A stretch of DNA of 64,000 nucleotides from Octopus vulgaris (Eukaryota). This document shows, piece by piece, positions 42,240-56,624 of the stretch (positions are counted from its first letter, which is position 1; every line of letters begins with the position of its first letter). The stretch lies in contig OX597822.1 of assembly GCA_951406725.2 (NCBI GenBank), positions 96,038,001-96,102,000 of the forward strand, read 5' to 3'. The notes beneath the pieces were generated by a model. That model did not search any database. It was given only the letters and a program-made list of their open reading frames with translations, and was not told where the DNA came from. The translations under genes and the position numbers were made by a program.

Positions 42240-42567
42240 ATGGCTCAGTGGTTAGAGCGTCGAGCTTACGATCGTGAGGTTGTGAGCTCGATTCCCGGAC
42301 CGGGCTGCGTGTTGTGTTCTCGAGCAAGGCACTTTATTTCACGTTGCTCCAGTTCACTCAGCTGTAGAAATGAGTTGCGACGTCAGTAGTGCCAAGCTGT
42401 ATCGACCTTTGTCTTTCCCTTGGATAACACTGGTGGCGTGGAGAGGGGAGGCTGGTATGCATGGGCGACTGCTGGCCTTCCATAAACAACATTGCCCGGA
42501 CTTGTGTCTAGGAGGGTAACTTTCTAGGTGCAATCCCATGGTCATTCATGACCGAAGGGGGTCTTTA
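42240..42567 (+). mobile_element. tRNA-derived SINE family D (V-domain-like centre); partial copy at 49659-49870
   Basis: A box TGGCTCAGTGG, B box-like GCTCGATTCCC, then gttgtgttctcgagcaaggcacttta. The 3' part recurs at 49659. Confidence 0.8.
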
Positions 42568-42701
42568 TATATATAAGATAAAACTTACTTCGAAATGGAT
42601 GCGTGGTGTTCAATCATATAATAATATAAATATATATGCATACATACATACATACATACATACATACATACATACATACATACATACATACATACATTCA
42701 T

Positions 42702-42736
<35 letters not shown>

Positions 42737-42769
42737 TATATGTACATACATATATATGTATATACAAAT

Positions 42770-43270
42770 GTATATATGGGCACAGGACACCACAGAACGT
42801 AAACAATGTGAAATACGAAAACAACATAAAATACGAAATGCGAAAACATGGAATACGAAAATTTTTATGCGAACAACGAAAAAAACAAATGGAAAACGAA
42901 CAACACACTAAAACGATCCTTCATCAGCTGTCAGCTGTTTTTCTACTTCGTATTTCGAGCAATTAACGACAAGATCCGTTTCGACACAACACTTGTTCCC
43001 ACAAAGCAAACTAAATAAAATTTGGTATTTTGCAGGGGGGGTCAAAGTTTAATTTGCTTTGCGGGAGCAGTTGTTGTGTTGAAAACGTATCTTGTCGTTA
43101 ATTGCCTAGAAAAACAACCGACAACTGATGAAGGGTCGTTTTATTATGTTGCTTGTCTTGTTTTCCATTCGTTTCTTTCGCTGTTCGCATAAAAAGTTCG
43201 TATACCATGTTTTCGTATTTCATGTTGTTTACCATCTGTGGTGTCCTGTGCCCATATATGCATGTGTATA
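42770..43270. repeat. Diverged inverted repeat (~230-bp arms) within microsatellites
   Basis: atatatgggcacaggacaccacaga... versus ...tctgtggtgtcctgtgcccatatat. Related sequence at ~19525-19760. Confidence 0.85.
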
Positions 43271-43316
43271 TACATATATACATATATATGTATGTACGCA
43301 TGCATGCATGTATACT

Positions 43317-43487
<171 letters not shown>

Positions 43488-43921
43488 TTGAGAGAAAACT
43501 GTGAGAAAAAGACTTTATTAAGAAATTCAAACCCACGCTTAACAAACAATGACTAAATCTTACTTGGGGTTTAAAAATCTTATCCCTATAACTAAAACAC
43601 AAAAAATCTCTAAAAAGTACAGCTGTCATCATTTCTAAGAATAAACATTGAAAAATGGTTTGGCATCATCTCTAAAAATAGCCAAACAACTACTACTGTT
43701 GCCCACAGGAATGTATATAAAGGATAAAAGACAGCCAGTCAACTATAGTTGAAACATTCTTGTCACAACCTGGGACCTTGGAGACTGCTTAAATGCAAGA
43801 AAGTATACTAGTCCCTTAATATTTTATATTCAATATTTCATCTATTCAATAAGACAATCAATACTTCATTTCATTTTACTATATATACTATCACTTTCTC
43901 TTTTATGTCTTTCTTAAAATA

Positions 43922-44312
43922 TTACTTGTTTCAGTCATTTGACTGCAACCATGCTGGAGCACCGCCTTTAGTCGAGCAAATCGACCCCGGGACTTATTCT
44001 TTTGTAAGCCCAGTACTTATTCTATCGGTCTCTTTTGCCGAACCGCTAAGTTACGGGGACGTAAACACACCAGCATCGGTTGTCTAGCAATGCTAGGGGG
44101 ACAAACACAGACACACAAACATACACACACATACACATATATATATATACATATATACGACAGGCTTCTTTCAGTTTCCGTCTACCAAATCCACTCACAA
44201 GGTTTTGGTCGGCCCGAGGCTATAGCAGAAGACACTTGCCCAAGATGCCACGCAGTGGGACTGAACCCGGAACCATGTGGTTGGTAAGCAAGCTACTTAC
44301 CACACAGCCACT
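43922..44312 (-). mobile_element. SINE family A, full length
   Basis: Homology to the other family-A copies. Confidence 0.9.
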
Positions 44313-45608
44313 CCAGTGTATATACTATATATTCTATATCCTACATTAATATTATAAAGAATATAAATAAAACATAAAAAAAATAGACACAGTTGGAAAT
44401 CCTTTGAATAATATATGTGTGTGTGTGTGTGTGTGTGTATGTGTGTGTGGGGGGTGGGGGTGGGTGTGTGGGGGGGTGTATTATCCTACATACTTTATTT
44501 CGCTTTTTCAGGATGCTTATATATATTCATTGAAGTAGGCTAATTCTTTCGCATATGGCTATTCTTTTCATCGGCGACTTTCTAAATGTTATTTAAAGGA
44601 CATTGTCTGAGTTGGTCTTGGTTTCATCGGCTTATTCGTTGGTAATTACATTTTCTTTAGACGATACGACTACATTAGAATTGTCATTTGTGTTTTTTTA
44701 AAATTTAATTCCTGTTTTTTTTTTCTCTCGTGACGTTTACACTTTTTCGTCTATAAATTCAATGGTTACTCTGGTTCCACTTGTCTCTTGCGTAATTATA
44801 TCTTTTTTCTGATAAACTTCCCTATTGATATAATGCATTTCATTGAACATTTCAGTAGTTATTCTCTTTCCTATTGTCGATTTCTGCTAAAAATTTATCT
44901 TGTTACTTTCCTTCGTCAGACTCAGCAATTTTCCAGTATTTTCTTTTTTTTTTTACTGCACCATCATACTCGGTTTTACTAAAGTTATTTATTTGTTTGT
45001 CGCTTTATATTAGTAAAATTAATGGTTGCCTTGTCTCCTCTAACTGTCGATTATATCATCATATCCTGTTTTGCAAAAATTGTCATTGTATCAACTTGAC
45101 TAATTGTCTACAACTGATATTGTCAAGAAATCTTTTCAGATATTTTGGTAGAACGGAATTTTCTCTATCTGATTGTAACTTCAATTCCCCGTATCGACGT
45201 TACCGGCATATATACTATTCTAAACTGTCAACATTATTTAATATACACATCTACATATATCAATAGCTCAAAACCTTTTACTACCTTTCTTACCTCCTCT
45301 CATCTCTAAGCTTCAAAACCCCATTGTATGGCAAACAATATCACAACTTGTGACGATTCAGTCAACTATAATATACTTTAAAGTTTGGTTATACCCCACA
45401 AACGTTTCCCTCTTTACATTAACGCTACACTAATTGTCGTTTCAAGCAACATACACTGCTGTGTAGGTTATAATATACTTCACTCCATCTTAACTTCTGT
45501 ATTCAAATGTCATCTACACACATAAGTACAACCCCCCTTGCCCAAGGAGTCTAGGTAACACAGTCTGCTTTAGTGGCACAACGGCATAGTACGTGAATAA
45601 AAGAAATA

Positions 45609-46112
45609 CTGTAAATCCTCAAGTATAATTCGCATTTTTCCCCAAAACTTAATACGAGGTTAAAAACGAAAAATATTTTCTAAGCAATGTCCGAGTATCT
45701 ATTTGCTGTCCGACAATGTTTATTCAGACGCATTTTGTGATGTCGGGTGCGAAAATACCTTGAGCTAAGCCTGAAAGCAATCAAGTCTTAAAAGAATCAT
45801 CCATAACTTGCAGTAAGCAACATTTATTAAAATAAAAGTATTCAGAACACAGAATAACATGTAACAAAAACAATTTGCAAACATATTTACATTCCCATAT
45901 AACAGTTAAGAACATCACCATTATTGTATTACGCATGCGCGGAAGTGTTTGTTCGACTAGGTGCTTCTGGCTTAATTACGCAAATGTGTATATTATCTAA
46001 GTTAGAGAAGGGGTGCGTATTATACACAAGGTTTAGGTTTTTCAGAGGTACAGCCCCCTAAAAATCCCCTGCGTATTATACTCAAGGGCGGACTATACTC
46101 GAGGATTTACGG
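45609..46112. mobile_element. Tc1/mariner-superfamily (Tc2/pogo-like) MITE
   Basis: TA|CTGTAAATCCTCAAGTATA ... TATACTCGAGGATTTACGG|TA, with subterminal gcgtattatac repeats. Confidence 0.8.
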
Positions 46113-47030
46113 TACTCAGTATCCCACTCTCCCTGCACATGAATTACATATAAATACAACTGTTCACAACTAAAGGGGAAGTTGATGAGAAACTGAATAG
46201 ATCTAAAGCAATCAGAAATAACATTCACAGGGAAACGGACAGAAAGAAAGAAAGGCAGAGAGAGAGTAGGAGAGAGAGAGGGAGAGAGTGATGTATACAT
46301 AAAGTAGAAGCACGGTCGTATGAACACGAAGAATGCAAATTATTTATCCAACCAGCAAGATAAAATTAATAATGAGCGGAGGCATCAAAGAAGTATACAT
46401 ACAAAACAGCATAACAAATCATCCGCAGATGGGGTGGGGACTGGAAGTGTGATAGGATTAGGAAGAGGAAACGAAGAAGAGAAACTATTCATTTAAGCCT
46501 AAAAGCGAAAGAGTTCCAAATACAAATGTGTTGTTACTTCAGTTTCCTGGAATACGATGTTCCTTAGTGGGCAAGCGATTAATGCAGTGACCAGATGTGA
46601 TAACATGGTGTGCCACAGGAGAATGCTCATTACACTAACAGCGGACGATTTCACGAAACAGCACCCTACTTCCACCAACATCATATCCATCATAACATGC
46701 GCTATATCTATTGAAGTGTCTAATGTTGGCAACCGTACAGATAACCTTCTATGGTATTGGGTTTTTTTGAACAAGTATAGTAGTAATGTGATTGAGGTAA
46801 GGACACACTATGTGCCTGGAAGTACCTAGTGAAATTAAAAGGTTTCGGAGATTTTTATCTCTTTTAAAGAAGAGAAGTACCGTACGAAGAATCGATTAGA
46901 AAGTAGACGTTACAAGTTTTGAGAGAGTGGGCTGTGGAAAACAAAAATGGTCGTTTAGAAGTTGAAGAGGAGTGGAAACCTATCCATAGGTGTGCATGAG
47001 AAAGGTAGGTGGGATGGTGGTATGGTCGAT

Positions 47031-47262
47031 GGCGGCGAGCTGGCAGAAACGTTAGCACGCCGGGCGAAATGCTTAGCAGTATTTCGTCTGCTGTTACGTT
47101 CTGAGTTCAAATTCCGCCGGGGTCGACTTTGCCTTTCATCCTTTCGAGGTCGATTAAATAAGTACCAGTTACGCACTGGGGTCGATGTAATCGATTTAAT
47201 CCCGTTTGTCTGTCCTTGTTTGTCCCCTCTGCGTTTAGCCCCTTTTGGGCAGTAAAGAAATA
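47031..47262 (+). mobile_element. SINE family B, full length
   Basis: GGCGGCGAGCTGGCAGAAACGTTAGC head, GAGTTCAAATTCC B box, and TSD ggtatggtcgat. Confidence 0.92.
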
Positions 47263-47769
47263 GGTATGGTCGATGGCTTTGAATCAGTTGAGTGTCGGAT
47301 CTATAAAAGACCGAAGGTGTCTTCGAGGGAAGAAGAGGTGACACATTTCTTCGATTTAGAATCAATGCTATATAGTCCGAATCAATACTATATCGTCCGA
47401 AGTTAGAAAATGTGATAGAAGGAACGATGCGTCTAGAGCGAGAGGAAAGACAGAAGAATTAACATTTGGAATCTGTGAGCACGTAGTGAACAGAGATAGG
47501 TAGATGGAAGTTGTTGATAATGAGGGAGATATCTAGGAAAATAACGAAGACATCAAATACAATGGAAGTGAATTCCAAGGCAAGGCAGAGAGAGTTAGTA
47601 CAAGAGATGAAACAACTCTCTTTAAGGAAATACATTAAAGAATTTTTGCATTTACAAGTTTTGGTGAGAGTGGGACATGTTGCACACACACACACACACA
47701 TAAAAATTTCAGTTTGTGTCTATATCCAATTATTCTTTTAGAGACCTTCTTAAGAGACAATCAATATCG

Positions 47770-48000
47770 GTTTCTGTATTACCCACAAGGGGCTAAACAT
47801 AGAGGGGACAAATAAGGACAGACAAACGGATTAAGTCGATTATATCGACCCCAGTGCGTAACTGGTACTTAATTTATCGACCCCGAAAGGATGAAAGGCA
47901 AAGTAGACCTCGGTGGAATTTGAACTCAGAACTTAACGGCAGACGAAATACGGCTACGCATTTCGCCCGGCGTGCTAACGTTTCTGCCAGCTCGCCGCCT
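47770..48000 (-). mobile_element. SINE family B
   Basis: Reverse-complement homolog of 47031-47262. Confidence 0.9.
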
Positions 48001-48127
48001 TTGGTTGGTAAGACACAATCAATATCATTAACTGACCTTCTATGGAAATCAAATGACGGGGTAAAATATACTTTGAATTGTTATAATAAAGCATACATAC
48101 CCATATGATACCGTCTCTAGGAAGTGC

Positions 48128-48833
48128 AACGGTTCTAAAACGGTGACCTTTCAGTTGCATTTTCATCTTGAGGGAAGAGATGGAAGTCTGCTGGTGCTAA
48201 ATCTGGCGAATAGAGCAGATGCAGAGTCGATGCCATGTTGTTTTTTGGCGAGAAACTCACGAGTGAAGCGAGCTCGGTGACAGGGTGCTTTGTCATCGTG
48301 ATGAATCCAATTCTTCGCGCTACATCGATCCGGTCACTTTTGTCGAATGTCCCCCTTCAAACGCTTCAAATCGTCGCAGTAGAACTCTCAATTGACAGTT
48401 TGGCCCGGTGAGGGAGGCGGAATTCTCGATGCACAATACCACATTTCCGGATGTGACACTTATAGCAAGTTCTCCCAGGTCACTCTTCATCTTGTAGAGA
48501 CGTTCTTCCGGTTTTGAAGCGTCCATGCCACTCGAAACATTGCACACGACCCCGCTGTCTCGTCACCATATGCACAATTTCTCTATAGAAGACTTCCTAA
48601 GTTTAATGCAAAATTTCACTTGGTCCTTTGTTCCTCTCCATGACAAAATCACAGATTACAGCATACATGTGATCATAAAACACAAATTTCACAACGTGCA
48701 AAGTAAACACAGCGATGTCACTCGGCACACTGCCCCACGAAGGTCACTGCTATCTCTCACTATGCATACAACGGTGCTCTGCCAAGGTTTGCATGCTACA
48801 GAACTAGTCCGGGAACTTTTTGATACAACCTCG
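48128..48833 (-). mobile_element. Internally deleted mariner transposon relic
   Basis: Minus strand encodes HHDDKAPCH and YSPDLAPADFHLFP..KMQLKGHRF. The terminus TA|CGAGGTTGTATCAAAAAGTTCCCGGAC is mariner-TIR-like. Confidence 0.85.
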
Positions 48834-49310
48834 TATATATGAATATTTTTATGTGTAATTAGAATATATACAGGTTTATATGTATACGAGCAAAACGCCC
48901 CCCGTCCAATGGGCGATGCTGAATTGTCAAACATTTAAACCAAATTTTCTCACAACTTGTCCAACCGTCCCATAGGCCTCCCCTTTGAGAAACACTGATT
49001 TAACCTAAATTTGAGACGCCAGCAAAAGAAGAAATAAAGATAGACTTTTTTCTATTCCAAAGAAAAATGATTTTATTCACACAAATATGCAACCGAAGAG
49101 TTTAATGACTGGGAGAACACAAACATGGTTTAAACAGTAAGCTTGGCAGAAAGGAAACATGCCTTTAAGCAGTACAAAAACAGCAAAAAATGGAAGGTGC
49201 AGTTATGTACAGGTTGACGGAAGAAGAGCAGGACAAAAACGGCTTTATCGATCGCATTCTCACCTGGAATCGATTTTAATCATTTTTTCAAGAATTATAC
49301 ACGCCCTGAT

Positions 49311-49541
49311 ACCTATTTCTTTATTATCCACAAGGAGCTAAACATAGAGGGGACAAACAAGGACAGACATAGGTATTAAGTCGATTATATCGACCCCAGT
49401 GCGTAACTGGTACTTAATTTATCGACCCCGAAAGGATGAAAAGCAAAGTCGACCTCGGCGGAATTTGAACTCAGAACGTAACGGCAGACGAAATTCGCTT
49501 AGCATTTCGCCCGATGTGCTAACGTTTCTGCCAGCTCGCCT
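49311..49541 (-). mobile_element. SINE family B
   Basis: Family homology and TSD tgatacc. Confidence 0.9.
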
Positions 49542-50818
49542 TGATACCGTCGATATCTACATATCAAATTTGAGCGCAATCGGATGGAGGATGCCCGAAT
49601 TCCGAGGACACACACACACACACACACACACACAGAACGGGTTTTATATAAGAGATATATATTTCACGTTGCTCCAGTTTACTCAGCTGTAGAAATGAGT
49701 TGCGACGTCACTGGTGCCAAGGAATCGGCCTTTGCCTTTCCCTTGGATATAATCGGTGGCGTGGAATGGGGAGGCTGGTATGCATGGGTGACTACTGGTC
49801 TTCCATAAACAACCTTGCCTGGACTTGTGCTTCGCAGGGTAACTTTTTAGATGCAATCCCATGGTCATTCGTATGTATGTACGTATGTATATAATCGGAC
49901 TGAATACCCGATCGCGCGATTAAACCATTGGGAGTGAAGGACTCCCAGCCGTTGTTAGGGCATCCTTCTAGGAGAAGGTAACTCAGGTAACTGGTATAAC
50001 TCCGACATAAAACCTGCGGCTCAGTGGTTACCGATGATGTTGACTTGTTCTTCTTTTCGGATTATGGCTGCTGTTGCTTAGTGAGTGTGAGTGACTCAGT
50101 GCACAGCCTTTCCTCACTTAAAAAAACCTTCTTGCACAGGCATTGCACGATAACAACATTGATTAAGCTTCGTGCAATGGCCATACTCGATAACGAGGGG
50201 GCAGCCACCATGTATGTACGCATGCATGTATAAACGCAATAATTTCGTAGGCAACTTACGGTTGTTGAATTTTTGAGAATCCTATTTATAGTGCGCGCGC
50301 GCGTGTGCGTGTGTGTGTGTGTGTGCAATACAAGATAAAAGTAAAAATCATCGACTTGTGTTAATTCTTATAACTTGCATTGTTTTGCCGTCATAAAACA
50401 AAATTAAAACATCTAGCTATCTGTCTGTTATTTTATAAGTGTGTGTGTGTGTTTATGTATTGTGTATGATTGTCAATTGTTTTTTGTCCCATTTTGTCTC
50501 AAAGTCATTCCTGTTTTTATTCGTTACTGTTTCCAATTTTATCTTCGTCTCTTGTTTTCCTATTCGTCTCTGTTGTCACATTCTTTCTTCTACCAAGGAA
50601 ATCTAATGCCCATAGCTTAGCTTTTCCTTGGGGCTGGCCGTTTTGGAGCAAATCTCAGAATTAAACAGCCGAAATTTGCCATGATGAATCGGTTTCTGAC
50701 TGAAGAATGAAGGCTCTGAATGACTGTCTGTTTTCCGTGTTCGTCAATTCGTGAATTTCACGTTCTTTATATATAAAGTTTTATTCTATATAAACATCTA
50801 TAAAGTTTATACATATAC

Positions 50819-51020
50819 CAGTGCTGTTCAAACTTTTTTGCTGGAGCGGAACCCCGAGAAAACATTTCACTGGTTCGAGGAACCCCTGTGCAATAATTTA
50901 ATAGTTTTATGCACACATATCTGCACAGGAGAATTAAAAATTACTGTCGATTTTAGCATTTTTGTAACTTCTTGCGGAACCCCTGGACTGTACTGGCGGA
51001 ACCCTGGTTGAAAACCACTG
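50819..51020. mobile_element. hAT-type MITE
   Basis: TIRs CAGTGCTGTTCAA / TTGAAAACCACTG with a perfect 8-bp TSD acatatac. Confidence 0.9.
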
Positions 51021-51343
51021 ACATATACATAGACACACTATTTCTGATTTAAAAAAAAAAATGAAAAATAAAAGAAGATAATAATATAGCAGTGATTTCA
51101 TCGTTGACATTTCTGTGTAAAAACTTTCCTTGCTTCCTTTTATCATATCTTTTCAAATTCCGCTATTTGAAAACCGAGTTAATTATATGAAATAATTGAG
51201 ACTGCGCCGTTGTCGGGATTTATGGCTAATTGAACAATACTGGGTCCCATTACTAGCAAAGAACAGATCTGTCCCCTGTCAGGTATTACCATCACCACCA
51301 CCACCATCACCAACACCAGCATTACTACTACAACGACGGCGAT

Positions 51344-51344
<1 letters not shown>

Positions 51345-51422
<78 letters not shown>

Positions 51423-51438
51423 GCTGCTGCTGCTGTTG

Positions 51439-51488
<50 letters not shown>

Positions 51489-51672
51489 ACTACTACTACT
51501 ACTACTACTACTGCTGCTACTACTACTACTGCTGCTGCTGCTGCTACTGCCACTACTACTACTACTACCGCTGCTGCTGCTGCTACTACTACTACTACTG
51601 CTACTGCTGCTGCTGCTGCTACTGCTACTACTACTACTGTTACTACTACTACTGTTACTACTACTGCTACTA
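51345..51672. repeat. (CTA)n/(CTG)n compound microsatellite
   Basis: Direct reading. Confidence 0.95.
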
Positions 51673-51904
51673 ATTAACGGTGACATTACGACTACTCACA
51701 ATAGTTCCCACGCTGAAGCTGTATATGCGATGTCTACAAGTAAAACCTCTAATTTTGTCACGATGATGACATCCGTATAAACACATAGAGAATCGCTTAA
51801 ATTGCATCGATAGTTGTAAGTCTTCGCTTTCGCTTAAATTATCAACATCTTAAGTGTAACCCACGTTAGAGTACTGCTAATGTAAATAGCATACTGCTGC
51901 CGCT

Positions 51905-52465
51905 GAATACATACATATATGCATGCATGCATGCATACATACATACATACAAACCTACATACATACATACAAACATACATACATACATACATGCATACAT
52001 GCACACATTCATACATACATACATACATGCATTCATACATACATACATGCATGCATAGAAACATACATACATACATACATACATACATACATACATACAT
52101 ACAAACCTACATACATACATACATGCATACATACATACATACATGCATGCATACATACATACATACACACATACATACATACATACATAGAAACATATAT
52201 ACATACAAACCTACATACATACATACATACACACATACATACATACACACATACATACATACATACATACATACATACATACATACATACATAGAAACAT
52301 ACATACATACATAGAAACATACATACATACATACATACATACATACATACATACATACATACATGCATACATAGAAACATACATACATACATACATACAT
52401 ACATACATACATACATACATACATACATACATACATACATACATTCACTCATACATACATACATA
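51905..52465. repeat. (TACA)n compound microsatellite
   Basis: Direct reading. Confidence 0.95.
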
Positions 52466-52643
52466 GACAAACAGACACGAAGAATCCTCTGCACAGTCAA
52501 ATGACATGTAAAGTTTTACTGGCGAATCTTCCTAAAATACAGCTCAACAGTCTACAAAATACTTAAATATACGGGAAAAGCCAATATTAATTGTGATGTG
52601 TCAAAGAAGACGACCTGCTGGAACAAGCTAGTCTTCTTCTTTA

Positions 52644-53023
52644 GCACTGCGTCGGTTACGACGATGAGGGTTCCGGTTGATCCGATCAACGGAACAGCCT
52701 GCTCATGAAATTAACGTGTAAGTGGCTGAGCACTCCACAGACACGTGTACCCTTAACGTAGTTCTCGGGGATGTTCAGCATGACACAGAGAGTGACAAGG
52801 CCGGCCCTTTGAAATACAGGTACAACAGAAACAGGAAGTAAGAGTGAGAGAAAGTTGTGGTGAAAGAGTACAGCAGGGATCACCACCATCCCCTGCCGGA
52901 GCCTCGTTGAGCTTTTAGGTGTTTTCGCTCAATAAACACTCACAACGCCCGGTCTGGGAATCGAAACCGCGATCCTACGACCGCGTGTCCTCTGCCCTAA
53001 CCACTGGGCCATTGCGCCTCCAC
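52644..53023 (-). mobile_element. SINE family C, full length
   Basis: Family homology and TSD ggaac(a/t)agctagt. Confidence 0.92.
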
Positions 53024-54596
53024 GGAACTAGCTAGTACGTAAGTCGACTGAAATGAAAGGTTCCACACACGAAATTGTTTCGGCATTTGCGAATATTGTC
53101 AGAAAACTGTTTATTATCAAACAGTCCCGGTAGTCACATGCAAAACTCTGACCCTTATTTCACAACAAGGAACTCGTTAATACAGCTGAATGTTTCCGAG
53201 TAGTCAGGGTTTTTTTGGGGATACCTGCTACAATTCCAACTGCTTTACTGTGCCGAATGCCCTGAAAGAGTCAACGAAGATCGTATGCAATGCTTTATAT
53301 ATAAATTTCACAACCACCACCACCGCCTCCGCCGCCGTCGCTACCAGAATTTTATTAAGGTTCGGTAAAGGAGAACCGATAGAATAAATACTAGGCATCA
53401 AAAAATTAAGTCCTGGCGTTGATTTCTTCAACTAAAAACCTTTAAGGCGGTGCTCTTGTATGGCTGCACGCAAATGACTGAAACAAGTAAAAGATAAAAG
53501 ATGTGTTGGACACTGATGGTAGTGAAAATGGACCATGCTACTGGTTGCATATACTGGTTGCATAAGCAGCTTGTTACGATAATGCATACGTACGTGTATC
53601 TACGTGTTATCATTTGGTTGTTTCAGTCATTCGACTGCGGCCTCGCTAGGACTCTCTCTCTCTCTTGATTGGGTTGAGTCGGACGAATCAAACCCAGTAC
53701 TTAATTTTTAAATCTGTTACTTTTTCTGTCGCTCTGTAAACAAATCAGCACAGGTTGTCAAACTCGCGGGGACAAACACAAATACAAAGACACATATATA
53801 CATACATATATAGTTCAAATTTACAGAAAAACAAAAGACGAAGACAGGCGTAGGAACAAAAAGCAGTTTGACGATCGGGAAAAATGGAAAAGTCTTTTAC
53901 GTTTCGAGCCTACGATCTTCGACTGAGAAGAATAAGAGGGAAAAAAGGGCTTCTTTCAATTTTCTGTCAACCAAATCCACACACAAGGCTTTGATCGGCC
54001 CAGGGCTACAGAAGAAGACACATATCCAAATATCACGCAATGGGACTGAACTCGGAACCATGTGATAGGAAAGAAAACTTCCTACCACACAGCCACGCCA
54101 GCGCTTATATGTTACGCGTGAGTGTGCCTCTGAGTGTGTGTGTATCAACACTTTTTGACTTGTTAACAATCTTTGCAATAGATCCAATACTTAAATTATC
54201 CTTCTTTCGAAGCTTAATAATCTGCTGACGAATTGGTAACGGAGTAAGTGGCATTATATTAACAAAGTACACTGCAAATATTCTTACTTATGTTTAGTAA
54301 ACGAACCGTTACGTAAACAAATTCAAATCATTAGAGTTCGCCGGTTAAATATACTAAAACACGGAGTAAAAGCAACCGTTCTGATCATTTTGGCCGCCAT
54401 GGGTTTTGCAGTAAATCACTAAATCATCCATAACTTTTGTATTATCCTCTCAAATTACACCAAAATCTCAAACAATAACAATTAATATTGTATTTATTGT
54501 CTGTGAAAATTATAGAATATAAAACTACTTTCATAAAAACTTATACTTACTTTTCTGACGAAAACAATGCCGTTCTGAACATTTTGGCGGCAACTG

Positions 54597-54639
<43 letters not shown>

Positions 54640-55305
54640 GCAGATAAGTGTATTAAAACATACGCATACATACATATATATGTGTGTGTGTATGACTATA
54701 TGCATGTATGTATGTGTAGGTATGTATATTTGCGTACGTCTGTGAGTTCTACACATATTTAAACATACTTATACCTAGGTAGTCTTAAGATTGGCGTGCT
54801 AAAGTCCGGCAGAAAATATTACACCTTATGAAAACAATTGAAATTTTTAGATGACACTGATAATGGTGACACTCATATTTCAACTCGTCTAAAAATGTCT
54901 GCGAATTTTTCCCGATAAATATCAACACGGAATTTTTTTTTCGAAATTCGAAATATTGTTGAAAATAACTGAATTTTCATGAAGGCATTCACTGCGTTTT
55001 CGCACCAGAATATCTGAATGCAGAAAAAATACGCAAAAAAAAACTAAGTAATCTTTTGAAATTATGTTTAGTCTATAAGCTATGATAAGCGTTTCATGGA
55101 TCCAAGCAGCGTTAATACCGCAAAACTAATGCGTAGAACAATTTTTGTTACGATATCTTTAATTGGTACCCTTTAAAATAAGTAATTTCTTAGTTTTAAG
55201 AGCGATTCAAATGGAAGTAAAATCTGAAGGCAAATTAAAAATCTGAGACGGAAAACACGAGACGGGATTATGACCCTAGTATCGATCTATTGCATTTCAA
55301 TCTGT

Positions 55306-55347
55306 TTTAGGGTTAGGGTTAGAGTTAGGGTTAGTTAGGGTTAGGGG
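55306..55347 (+). repeat. Interstitial TTAGGG-like repeats
   Basis: ttagggttagggttagagttagggttagttagggttagggg. Confidence 0.8.
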
Positions 55348-56218
55348 TGAGGGAGGGTATCTTTTTTTCTTCACAAATGTGAATGAACCCAATCTGTTTC
55401 TTAAACGAGCGACATATTCATACGGCACAGAATGTTTTTTTTTACCTCAATAGATGTCATTGATTGGTTGAAATTGCAGAAATTGAAGAAAAACCACAAC
55501 AAATATCTTACAAACGATAGAATTTTCTCAATAAAGCCAAGAGAAAAAGATGCTTTATAAACACATTCTACCAGTATACGAAGTTTAAAAGTGTTTTAGT
55601 TACGTGGAAATTATGTTAAAAAACTGCCGGTCAAACCGAAAAGATCCCACGAGGCGTATTGAGAATCCAGAATTTGTGTACCTAGTGCTCTCACTTATCA
55701 GTTTTGTACCTTGTGTCCTCACTGATGTGTTGTATATTAAGCTTTTAACATGTAAAAATTAAACAGATTCTATAATTTCGATTCAAGATATTCAGTACAA
55801 TTTCAATTGTATTCCTGTGTTTGTATATGAAGTGCAATTTCAACCTTTCGCTTTTAGTAATGCCTTTTGCATTTTTCAGTTTTAAATAGGATGATAGCGC
55901 GTGCGCGCCTGCGTATGTGTTTAGGTGGGGGGGGGGTATGTGGTTGTGTGTCTGTGCGTGTGCGTGTATTTCATGATTTACATGTTTCAGTCATTGAACT
56001 GCGCCCATGCACACACACACACGTGTGTATAGATACGCACACATATAATTACGTACCTGCATGTATATATGTGAGTGACTATATGCATGTGGGTGAATAT
56101 ATATACATATATATATATATATATTTGTATGTGTGTGTATGTATGTGTGTGTATGTATGATATATATACACACATATATATACACACACACACATGTCAA
56201 TATATATATAATAATAAC

Positions 56219-56299
<81 letters not shown>

Positions 56300-56388
56300 T
56301 GGAGGGAATATTATTCCTAACCTACAGGGAAAAATTCAATTTAGAAATACTAAATCAAATTTCACAAAATATAATATATATATAAAAA

Positions 56389-56624
56389 TTAGAAAAAAAA
56401 ACACCTTTTATCAATTCAAAATGAACAATTAAATTACACCATCTAGAAAATTACATATAATAGAAATATAAAAAATAAAATAACAATAATATACCGATGA
56501 TTAAGTAAATTGCAAAATAATAAAAACGTATGTACTTTATTTTTTATATTTCTATAATATGTAATTTTCTAGACGGTGTAATGTAATTGTTCATTTTGAA
56601 TTGATAAAAGGTGCTTTTTTTCTA
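56389..56624. repeat. AT-rich inverted repeat with ~90-bp arms and a degenerate hammerhead-like spacer
   Basis: 56389-56479 versus 56536-56624. The spacer contains tata-CCGATGA...AAAACG-T-A-tgta. Confidence 0.85.

Noticed and set aside
46500-47600. Possible old LINE remnant around the SINE at 47031
   Set aside because: An isolated WNSLP-like word but no colinear motifs.
49880-50215. Possible RTE 5' UTR or Ceph-domain SINE fragment
   Set aside because: Resemblance is from memory only. Single copy in the window with no boundaries.
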